A stretch of DNA of 64,000 nt from Lama glama (taxonomy: Eukaryota). The DNA lies in contig CM052818.1 of the NCBI GenBank assembly GCA_028534125.1, positions 3,660,001 to 3,724,000 on the forward strand, written 5' to 3'. The position numbers and the translations under genes are program-made. The notes below the pieces were generated by a model. The model was not told the origin of the DNA and ran no database searches. It worked only from the letters and a program-made list of their open reading frames with translations. Positions 25,891 through 36,541 of this stretch are shown here, piece after piece; positions within the stretch are counted from its first letter, which is position 1; the number at the start of each line of letters is the position of its first letter.

Positions 25891-26907
25891 GAACCTTCTC
25901 AGTGGGTATTACCTTCATCACCAACCTATTTCTCATTCCTTCTTCCATGTCTTGGCCTCCTTTCTCTGGCATTAGCATACTCAATTCCACATGCCCTTAT
26001 ATTGTCCCTTTCTTGGCCAGTGTCATCAACCAAGGTAATCTGTCCAGGTCTGCCTTCCTTCTAAATTCAGAATTATCTTTACCTTATCCCCATCAAAACT
26101 TGGGTTTCCTCAGTGACTTTTTCACACCTGGTATCCAAATGAAAAGTAATCCCATAGTTTTACTCTGAAGTGTTAGTAGATTATACTGATGTAAGGTAGA
26201 TCTCTTTGGTGAGGGGGAAGTGTTCTGCATTAAGTATAAATGTACAGGTGGAGTTTAAGCAATGTGTTAGGGAAGGAGTGGAGGTAACTTCGGACAAGGG
26301 AACTTCTAGTTCCCTATCATCCTATTTTGTGAGTGACTATCTAGTCCTCTCTAGTCAAGCCCTAACTATTAAACATTTGGTTCCCTTCTTAATGCTTCCT
26401 TTCAAAAAAGGGCAAATGCAAAGATGCAAAGTTTAAGATAGTATTCTTCTTTAGGAAACTGGCAATAGGTTAATTATAGCTAGACCTTAAGATGCTTGAA
26501 TAGAGTGGTGGGAGATGATACTGATAAAACTGGCAGGAGTGAGATCCTGAATAACCATATGTGTGTGCATTGGAGGCTGGACTTAATCCTGCAAGTGAAG
26601 GGTACCCTCCGAATCGGAAGTGGGGGAAAACAGGATCTGAATTGTGTTTTTGAAAGATCCCTCTGCTGTGAAGGTATAGTGATGGAACCATAAGGGTTCA
26701 CTTAAGGGGTCTTTCTGAGGCTCTGACTGCTGACTTCTGTTCTTGTGTTCAATATTTCTCAGAAGCCTTCGTGGCTCAACCTGCTTCTTTTTCCTTTGAT
26801 ACTTGCCACCATCTTCTGTCCACTGAGGTACATACACCTCTGCACATAACTCCCTAAAAAGTGGGATATAAGTGCCCCTGTTTCCCATATTCTTGAAATG
26901 CACAGGT

Positions 26908-27177
26908 CTTTTTATATATTGAGATATAATTGACATATAACATTATATTCGTTTTAGGTATACCACATGATCTGATATATGTATATATTGCAAAATGACC
27001 ACCCCAATGTCTAGTTAACATCCATCACCATAGTTACAAAAGTTTTGTCTTGTGATGAGAACTTTCAAGATCTACTCTCTTAGCAACTTTCAAATATACA
27101 GTATAGTACCATTAACTATAGTCACCATCCTGTACATTATATCCCTGATACTTATTTTATAGCTGGAAGTTGGTACC
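26908..27177 (-). mobile_element. L1MA-like 3' end, antisense
   Basis: tgtgatgagaactttcaagatctactctcttagcaactttcaaatatac. Confidence 0.8.
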
Positions 27178-27191
27178 CAGGCCTTTTAAAC

Positions 27192-27386
27192 TTTTTAAAA
27201 ATGTTATTATTATTATTTTAATTTTTTTTATTATTTTTTAAAATTTATTTTGAGATTTTTAGGGGGAGGGAGGTAATTAGGTTTATTTATTTATTTATTT
27301 ATAGAGGAGTTACTGGGAATTGAACCCAGGACCCTGTGCATGCTAAGCAAGTACTCTACCACTTGAGCTACATCCTCCCCCTCCCC
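27192..27386 (-). mobile_element. Camelid tRNA-derived SINE (Vic-1-like)
   Basis: Same consensus; TSD CCCAGGCCTTT..AACTTT. Confidence 0.88.
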
Positions 27387-28183
27387 AGGCCTTTGTAACT
27401 TTAATAATTTTATTGCTATTAGAATTCAGATAAGGGATAACAAAAATCACAAACATAAGGACATTTAAAAGTCTTTAAAAGCTATTTCATGTATGGTTCT
27501 TCATTTCTTTAGAAATGGCAACAGGAAGGCCTGGTGGTCTTCAACCCATCTGGCTGCATGGCAAGAAGAAGGCTGAGAGCCATCAGATTTAGCAGGACTA
27601 ACCTAGTGAACAGGGAAATGGACTTACATAAAAAGACAATGAATGACACTCCTTACCACCTTCATTACCATCTTTTTTTTTCTTTTTTTTAGTTAGTTCA
27701 GAACTTTCGTTCAGGAGACAAAATCTCTTCTATTTCCTCAGATGTTTGAATTAGACCCAGATGTCCCCTTTCCTTCACAGATCATTTATTTTCTTCTTTT
27801 GCAGCCTTTATTCCCAAAGGTCCAGCTAAGGCAAAGCTCCGTCTAGATGAGGTCACAAAGTTCCTCTGTATGAGTGTCTTGACTGGCACATGGTTACAAA
27901 GGGCTCTTTGTTGCAGTGGGTTGGTGAAGTTATTTAAGTTTGGGCTGGGAAAATATTGACCTTCAAAGTTTCTTCCTTACAACTGGTACATAAGCACCTT
28001 TCAAAATAGCTGTAGAATGGAGATGGACAAATCGATAGTCACGATGGAGTAGCAAGCAGAAGAGGAAAGAAGGGGTCAGTAGATTATTGTAGTTTGAGTT
28101 TGAGAGCTCTGGTGGTACTGCTGCATTTTCCTTGTGGCATCAACAGGTTTTCTAGCAGTACACAAAGGTATTGTTCAAACTTT

Positions 28184-28324
28184 GTTTTTTTGAGGGGGAG
28201 ATAATTAGGTTTTTACTGACTTATTTATTTTATTTATTTTTAATGAAAGTACTGGGAATAGAACCCAAGACCTCATGCATACTAAGCATACATTCTACCA
28301 CTGAGCTATTTGCACCCCGACCCT
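28184..28324 (-). mobile_element. Camelid tRNA-derived SINE (Vic-1-like)
   Basis: Same consensus; TSD TTCAAACTTTG. Confidence 0.88.
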
Positions 28325-29729
28325 CTTCAAACTTTGCAATAATACCTTCACTCCTTGGTAATATCACTAAGGTCCTAGCAGAACCTCTTAGATGAGGGTT
28401 CTGAGGCTAAGATGTACATACACAGAATCTCTGCCTCTTGAATTAAGAAATGTGTTGTCCACTTTTTTTTTAACAGTGCCCTGGGTGATTGAGGAACTAT
28501 TAAGGGCCTGAAATATTACAAGGTTTTCAGGTGAAAAATACTTTCATTAGTTAAATGTCACATTTTCTGGCTTTTCTTTGAGAACAGTGATGAAAAGGCA
28601 TTTTTGTTCCTCTCTAAGAAAAACTGAAAAGCCCTTTGCTCACTTGATCAGATAACCAGCCATAGAAAGTCAGTTCTGCTAAGAACATATGGCTTTTTTC
28701 ACTCATTCGAAGACTGATCCCTCACTTTGTGCTAGGGTTTATACGAGGTGTTAGGTATGTGAAGATTTTTTTCTCCAAAACTTAGCCTTACAGGGATATA
28801 TACAAAGAAGATCATAAAATATCGAAGCATACTGCTTTAAAGGGAGCAGCTCAAAGAATAAGAGGTCAATGAACAAGGGGGGAGACATAAAGGGTTCTTC
28901 CCAAGAGGTAGTATTTAAGAAAAGACGGGGTGGGGAATTCCCCGAAGAGCAACCAATAAGTGCAAAAGACTAGAGAATGTTGGCCCGTATGGGAATCTAC
29001 CTGCTCACTGTTGTTGGAGTGTAAACGTGGGGTAGTAAGAGAGAAGTGAGGTAAAACCAGACTTCTAGGGTAGGAGTCTATGCAATGTTCTGTAAGTCAT
29101 GCAGGTTTTTATTTAATTCTAGTCTTGGACCATTAACAGAGTTATGATAACCATCTACATTTGATTAAAGATCGCATTTAAATCGTCTTAAAGCCAATGC
29201 TCAGATAATAAATTCTCAGAAACATCGTCTCTCTGATTAAATCTCTCTTGGCAGGAATGGTGCATTAATTCATGGAATTAATCGTTCATGAGTCAAACTA
29301 GGTCTGTCAAATCTAGGCAATTCTTACAGTCCTCTCCCGTGGGCCATCATAAGTCTGGGCCAGCAGAGTTTTCCTGAGCCCAGGCGCGAAGAGTAGGATA
29401 GTTGAGCCTTACATTCGACCCCTTCCCCCTCTGCAAAAAAAAAAGGGGGGGGGTTATGGAGGCAATGGATGGGGGTAGGAAAGGGGAGCAGAGGGCTTTA
29501 GAGGCCAAGCATATTACTTAGAGCTTAAGTCGGGAACTGTTACCAGAAAGACTGGCCGAACCTGAATGGAACCTCACACCCCTCACCTCACGCAGTTTTT
29601 GGTATTTTCCTTCAACCTCATGTCCCCTTCCACCCTGGCTTGTCTGTTTGCCCCCCAGGATCAGGCCTCCTGCTTTCTTCCTCCTCTTTCCCCGCTTGGT
29701 GGGATGCCAGAGCTTGAGGCCTTTGATTA

Positions 29730-30500
29730 CACCAGGCGCGCGCCCCAACGCTATTTGCTCTGCTAACAATTCCATCCTCTGTCCTAATCTGTCCGTGGTT
29801 GCCTGCCAGCCACTGAGTTCGTTCTGCCCCACAGCGCAGCGCCTCCCGCTGCTCGCCCAGGGGCTGGGCGGCTCCAGGATCCTCAGGCGGATGCGGCCGC
29901 GAGCCAGCGCCACGTCTCCGCTGCCAGCAGGCCAGCGCCTGCGTGGGCTCGGGGGCGGGTCGGGGCGGGCGGCGAGGGGAGGCGGGATCTGCGCGTGAGC
30001 GGCGCGGACGCGGCCCAATGGGGCCTGCGGGCGGCGGCGGCGGCGGCGCGCTGCGCGCCGGGGGGCGGGGCCCGGCGGCAGTTGCTGGCAAGCCCGGGAG
30101 GCCGAGACCACTGTCGTTGCCTCGGCCGTCGCATCCCCGAGGGAGTCGTGTCGGCTGCCCCTTGGCTCCGAAGCCCGCGGATCGCCCCACACGCTCTCTG
30201 TGCGCTCCCGAACTCGCCAGCCGCTCCCCGCGCGCCCTGCCGACCGTGCCTCCTGCATCATGTGCGGTAAGGGGGCTGCGGGCGGGGGGCGTGTTGCGCG
30301 GCGGTGCTGGGGTGCGGTGCGCGCGCCGCTGAGGCCGGTGGCGCCGGCGGGAGCCGGAGTGTGGAGGGTGCGGAGTCTCGGTATTGGGCGCGGGGTGTAC
30401 GGCGGCGGCTGCGGGTGCTGGGGGCGGGGGCCGGCCTGAGAGCTGGAGGGGAGAGGGTGGGAGACCCTAGGAGGGCACCTGAGAAGAGGGCGGGTCCTAG
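29730..30500 (+). promoter_or_regulatory. GFPT1: CpG island / GFPT1 promoter and 5'UTR with GC boxes and a CCAAT box (30015-30019)
   Basis: Very GC- and CpG-rich, multiple GGGCGG, no obvious TATA box, immediately upstream of and spanning the GFPT1 ATG. Confidence 0.92.
30260..30266 (+). CDS. GFPT1: GFPT1 exon 1 coding part: ATG TGC G (Met-Cys, catalytic N-terminal Cys)
   Basis: gcatcATGTGCG|GTAAGG; joins exon 2 to give [10 protein letters not shown], the GFAT N-terminus. Confidence 0.95.
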
Positions 30501-33500
30501 GGGGGACCTGGGGGCCGAAGGGGGATTTGCGCGAAGAAGGGATCCAGGAGGGAAGAGAAATACCTGCATTGGGAAAGGAGCGAGGGCCGAGGGAGCTAAG
30601 ATGTGGAGGGGAGTGACTTCAGGAGTCTACCAGGTGAGTGAGGCAACCTGTGGCACATCAGGTGAGGTCTCTTGAATTTATCTTACATTTTTCTAGGATT
30701 TATCTTTTTAAAAATATTTATTTTTAGTTAACTTTATTTCGGGCAGACCCAGTAGAAGATAGAAACATAGCTAGAGCTACGACAATGACATTACACATGA
30801 TCTTACTTTCTGCCACCCCTGTCTCAACAGAAACCGTTGCTAATCAATACCTTGGTGAATCGGCCCGGAAGTGACCGTGGAGATAGATCTTACGTCATTT
30901 ATTACTTGCGTGTGCATCCATTTAAAACACTTACCTATGAAACATTGGTCTACATTTAATGTGTTTTACCTGGAACAGTTAAAACAGAAAGGCCCTTTTA
31001 TTCCGTGTTTTGAGACTTAGTCCTCTTACTATTACCTAAAAGCACCAGTTAAAAGGAATTGTCAGAATTATATATGAAATGACCGCTATGCTCTGAAATT
31101 GGTATTAACTTGGCTATTGTCAGTAAAAAGAATTGAATTCTTACCTTTCTTACTGAAATTTAGAACTGACCTTACCCCTGGAAGAAAGAACACTTTTTTA
31201 AGCGTAGTATGTTTGTAATAAAATTGAAGCTATCTGGGTAACTTATTCTTTGTAGCCTTTTGCTAGAGGAATTTAGCAGGAAGTAGCTTATAGTCATCAG
31301 TGTATATTTTTCCTGTATTTAACTTTATGCTAATTTCAGCTTCTGCAATGAGGAGCAGGTTTAAATTTAGAGTAGATTAAAAAAAACGCACAAAAACAGA
31401 AAGCTATAAATAGCTTGCTGAAATTATTAATGTAGAGCTGACTTTAGAATCATTTATACTTTTGCTATGTCTAGGTAGTAGAGTGGTTTTGCAAAACACA
31501 TAATTGAGTTCGGAGCTGTGAAATAATGAATTTGCCACCTGGTTAATCCCCAGTGTGCTTCCTTTGGTAATTAAGTGTTCCTGAGTGATAAGGTCTGTGC
31601 CTAGTCAAGCCACTACCTGGCTTTCTGATTGCAGGTCATTTCTTCATCTTGTTACAGGAGAAAAGGAAGTCAGAGTACAGTGGTGTAAAAATAAAATCAG
31701 ATCTGGTTTAGAAAAGGTTTGAATAAGGGTGAGGCTTTTAGGGTGGAGATTAGGGGTTGGGAGTTTTCAGAGTCAACATCCCCATTCCACAGGGTTTTAC
31801 TGCTGAGGTAACAGACAGGTGATAAGCAATAAAAAGGAATTAGTGTTTGAGGCATTTCTAACATCCTGCTTTCAACCCAGACCAGAGTTTTACATGATTT
31901 CAGGAATAGGGTCCAGAATTTATCTCCTCTTTAATGTAAGTTGTGAAAGTTAACTGTTAAGAAGACGAGTTTGTCTTTATTTTCCTCCCACATCTTCATT
32001 ACCGAAATAAAAACTCTAGGCAGATAAATTGGATGGGAATGAGATTAAATGGCAGAATTTACCTTCTGATTACCTGCTGTTCAATTTTTTCTAAATGATT
32101 ATTTCATTTCAACACTGCAGAATGCTGAAACGGAAGAATGAGGGCTAACGATTCTTTCTGACATGCTTTTTTCTAATCAGAAATACTGATAAAAGTGTTG
32201 TAATATTTATCAGGTTGTTTTGGGATGGATGTTAGTGTTATTGAGAAAAAAAGATTTTATGATCAAATAAATTTAGAAGCAACAGATTAAACAATGTTGA
32301 GCTGGCTTTTTTTTTTAATTGCAGGACATCTTAGAACTTCTAATGTGCTAATAATAATAAGTGTTCTGAATCTCCCAGAGAAAAGTAGTGTGTCTGTCTA
32401 GGTTTATTTTGTCTTCCTCTTATGCTTGGTTCTTTGGAATACACTTTGTCCTTTTAAATTTGTTTTACCTTTGGCTTTGGTGAGAGAGCGTCAATTCACT
32501 TAAGCTACCCACAGCTTTTAACAGATTTTGCTGTTTTTTTTAATAAATGTGGGGTTGTACCCTTCTGGTTCTGATGGTGTATATAAGTGACATTTTTGTA
32601 AATGAGGTCATATTTAAAAGCAGTAAGAGAGCTTCAATTTAAAAATATTCTGAAGTGAATCCTTCACTTTTTTTTTTTTTTTTTGGTAATTCTGTTGTCT
32701 AATGGCTTTGGGGCAAGTTGAGGAATGCTGAGACTGGCTGCTCAGATTAGTCATAAAACTAGTACTATTAACATATCCTTAGAAATCATACTGGGTATAA
32801 AGTAGTTGGTTAAGAAAATAATTAATTACTTAATGAGTATTTCCCCAGTTGCGTTCCCTGGAAAGGGGAAAGTTAACAGGTCCTGGTAATGAGTAGTAGA
32901 AGGTAGGAAAGAGTTTTGTAACACATAAGTTTGGGAAATTCTGCTTTTGAAGATTCGTAATTAGCAAGATTAAAGGTTTTAAGAAGTTCTACAAATAAAC
33001 CTGTTAACTTCGTTTAACCCAGTATTTCTTAAACCTTTAATTATGGAGACTTTCTTTCACCTCATCCCTACTTAGCGTTCTCTTTCTGTGGTATAGAAAT
33101 TTTTGACTGTACGTTTGAGGTACCTAGAAAGTGTTAGAAGATATTTGAAGTGATCGCTTTGTATTTGGCATTCTGCCCATTTGGAGAGATGAATAAAACA
33201 AGGGAATTGCCTTCAAGGAATTGCTGTCTGGTTGGAGGAAACAGTGACTACGTGTGCAACAGGTGTGGGTGGTAATTCACAGTCCTTGTTCACTTCCACG
33301 TTGTAGACAAGTGGAATGAATACAAATTCAGAGACAAGTTAGGCCAGGAATGTCCTGGATGATAGGGTAGGACTCTTACTCTGAGGAATGATGCCAGCTG
33401 GTAGAGAACTAGTGCATCATGAGAGGTACCACTGATGGCATGTTTTACTCAACAATGAATGGAGTCCGAAACAAATTGAGAACTACTACTAGTGGGTTTG

Positions 33501-36441
33501 AAAGACGAAATAGAAGTGCCAGGAAAAGAGGCCAAAGAACAGCGGTGAGAGGTAGAAGAGTTCTGGACAGAGTCTGCAAGAAAAAGGTCCTTCATGTTTA
33601 ACACTGCAGAGAGAAGTTAATTGCATTTGGCTATAAAGAAATTATTAGAGAAGTTGCATTATATTGAAGGCAGAAGGATTTGAGGTTGTGTTGAGGAGGA
33701 GAGCAAGTATACCAACAGAAGAGAGAGTTTTGTGAAACTGAGGTCCCTAATAGAGTTGAGAAGTTGAGTTCCTGACTGTGAAATTAATACTGGTTAAGTC
33801 ATACATACTCTAAGCATTGTCTCTAAATTGACCAAAAGTTGATTTATATCATTGGATAATAAAAATTCAACCCACTGTTGTGTAGGGTTCTCAGAATATT
33901 TTGATGTTAACAAAAAGTTCTGTATTTGCAAAGTGGAGGAATCACTTACCGAGTTACAAGTAGGAGAGGCTGGTTCAAGGCATAGTATGCTTTGTTTTCA
34001 GTCTCTAAGGAAGGATGAGAGGTTATGAAGGGTATTATAGTGTTAAGATGAAGGCAAAGTCTTCAGGTCTATAAGGTAAGAATCTACCAAACATGAGAAA
34101 GAAGCTGGAAAAGAAAAATGGGGATTTGAGAGTAGTCTAGATTCTAGGCTTTAGAATAATACCTGGGGGAAGTTTGAAAGTTAGACAAGCAGTGAATTAG
34201 CAGGATTGGTCAACATTTGGGAGGGCCCCTATGAAAGTGGACCTGAAATGGATGGATGACTTGAAATGGATGGACTTCACTGTAGAGGTGCTCAGGGGTG
34301 CAGGAGTGAGAGCATAATGAGCCCAGAGGGGCTGCCTTGGCAGGATGATGAAAAATTGTGGTCCGGTGTGATTGATCAGAGAGAGATGGGAAAGGTGGAA
34401 TGTTGGGAGATTTGTGAGCAGGAGGTGCAAGCATTTTTTCAGGAAAGATGATGCCATAGGTAGACTGTGAGGGAGTGTATAATTAGAGATGTCAGGGTGT
34501 AAACAGTGCTTTGAATTCCAGAATGCTAAAAATGCAAGATAGAAGTGTGTTTTAGCTCCTTCCCGTGGCAACATGTGTTTACAACAAAGTAGGGAACACT
34601 TGAAGCAGCATTTTGTAAATAGAAAAAAGATTTTTGAACAATTAAAAAACACACAAATTATTGAAATCTCTCATGTGTCACTTCATGTAAGTTTTTCTTT
34701 GTGTTTTTAGGATTGTAGAAAATGTTACCTCAAATAATATTTCATCTTTTAAAGGAATCTTGCCTATAGAATGTTCTTTTGTAATTACATCATTGACTGT
34801 GTTTTATGGCAGGTATATAGTTGATGTGTTTAAGTTAATTGCAGAATTATTTATAATTACAAAGAGTTAGAAAAACCTCAGTAAATTGGGGAATGGTTAG
34901 GTAAAATATGAGGAATCTATTATGGACTATTATAATTATGCAGCCGTTAAATAGAATAGGGTAAATGACATAGAAGGATCTTCAATATCTTAAGAGAAAA
35001 AAGTACAGAACAGCATATATAGTATCATCACATTCATGTGTTAAGAAAAACTCTATAAAACCATATGCATGTAAGTTCATATATGTAGAAAAATTCATAA
35101 TTGAAGGACTGAGACTGTGTGTGGAATTAATAGTATATCTTCCCATGTGAGGGTGGAAAAAGATTTTTCACAACTCATTCTATAGATTTTGTGTAATTTG
35201 AATCTTTAATGATGATGATTAATTAATGCGTAATGCATTATATGAAAAAAATTTATATGAAATTTGTGGCATTGTAGATAAATGTTGATTCAGAAAGTAT
35301 AAAATTTATAGAAGGAAATTAAATATTGATAAATTCGATAAGTTCCAGTGTCTAGGGTCTCAAAATATTGAAGTTGTCAAGTAAAAAAATAGGTAAAAGC
35401 AGAATTTCTTGAAACTAACATAATATTGCAAGTCAATTATATTTCAAAAAAGTAAAATTTCTTATTCATAAAGACATAGATATAATCAGGGATAGAAACT
35501 TTAATAATTTGATTAGTCAGCTCATTTGCATTCCGTTTTCATTTCAATAAGGTCTAGCAGTCTTTGCCTACAACCAGATTGCTTTCCACCAGGTGTGTCA
35601 AATCTGATCTAGGCCATATCTGAGTATTTTGTTAAGCAGGGTGCTCATAAGTGCTTTTATGTCATTGAATTTAAGTTGCCATTTTCTGAGAATGATGGCT
35701 GTAGATGGAAGCATCTGCTTCAGTTAGGGAGATATTTATTCCACATGTGTTCCATTATTAAGAAAATTTGCACTTTGGAAGTACAAAGTGTGCTCCATAC
35801 AACTACTGTGTGTGATATTTGTGCAATTACCAAAGCTGTGGAGAGTTGATGTTAAGGCTTTTGTGGTTACCTTAAGCAGAGCTGGTTATTTCGAGGTTTT
35901 TGATAAGATAGATCAAAGACTTGAAACAGGGATCAATCTAGTGATGGCTACTCTAATAAGCAAAACTCAGAATGTTGAATGATGAATTCCTCCCTGTAAA
36001 CATGCCCTGCATACCTGATTAGCAGGATATTTGCCATTAAATTTTCCCAGCTACCTCAAGGTTACAGCTAACCCACTAATCTTCAACAACTGTGCTGTCA
36101 AATTGACAGATTCAATCTCTTATATTTCGTTTTCCTAACCAGGGATAATTTAGGTTAATCCCCCTTCTTTGTCCCAGCTCTGTTACTTTGATCTTAGAAA
36201 ATTTCTTTACATGTGTCGTCCTTTTCTTCCTTTTAGTTCCCGCCCAGTTATGAAAGGAGAAATATTGCTCCTACTTCCTCCTCTATTCCTCCTCTTCTCC
36301 TTTTCTTTGTTTCAATAGTGAACCAAAAAAAAAAAATGACAGTAATGATTATTAGCAATAGTTGTGTTTCCTCTCAAGGAAAAGACAGGTTTTGAATTGG
36401 AATTGATATGTGGTATTTCATTGAATCTGAGATGCCACTTT

Positions 36442-36541
36442 GGGAGTGGGTGTAGCTCGGTGGCAGAGTGCATGCTTAGCATGCACGAGGTCCTGGGTTC
36501 AGTCCCCATTGCCTCCATTAAAAAAACAAACAAAAAAACCC
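36442..36541 (+). mobile_element. Camelid tRNA-derived SINE (short form)
   Basis: GGGAGTGGGTGTAGCTCGGTGGCAGAG...; TSD AGATGCCACTT. Confidence 0.88.

Noticed and set aside
30018..30020. Upstream out-of-frame ATG (possible uORF)
   Set aside because: It is part of the CCAAT box and probably upstream of the transcription start.
30155..30262. In-frame upstream CTG (30155) and GTG (30200) that could N-terminally extend and inactivate GFAT
   Set aside because: Both have a pyrimidine at -3 and C at +4 (poor context); an open frame is expected in GC-rich DNA.
29518..30675. Cluster of long overlapping ORFs (up to 247 aa) on both strands
   Set aside because: Stop-codon depletion in a CpG island; low-complexity Arg/Pro/Gly/Ala translations with no recognisable domain.
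34197..34652. 151-aa minus-strand ORF in GFPT1 intron 1
   Set aside because: No recognisable homology or splice structure; lies in degenerate repeat-like sequence with a short internal tandem duplication (TGAAATGGATGGA x2).
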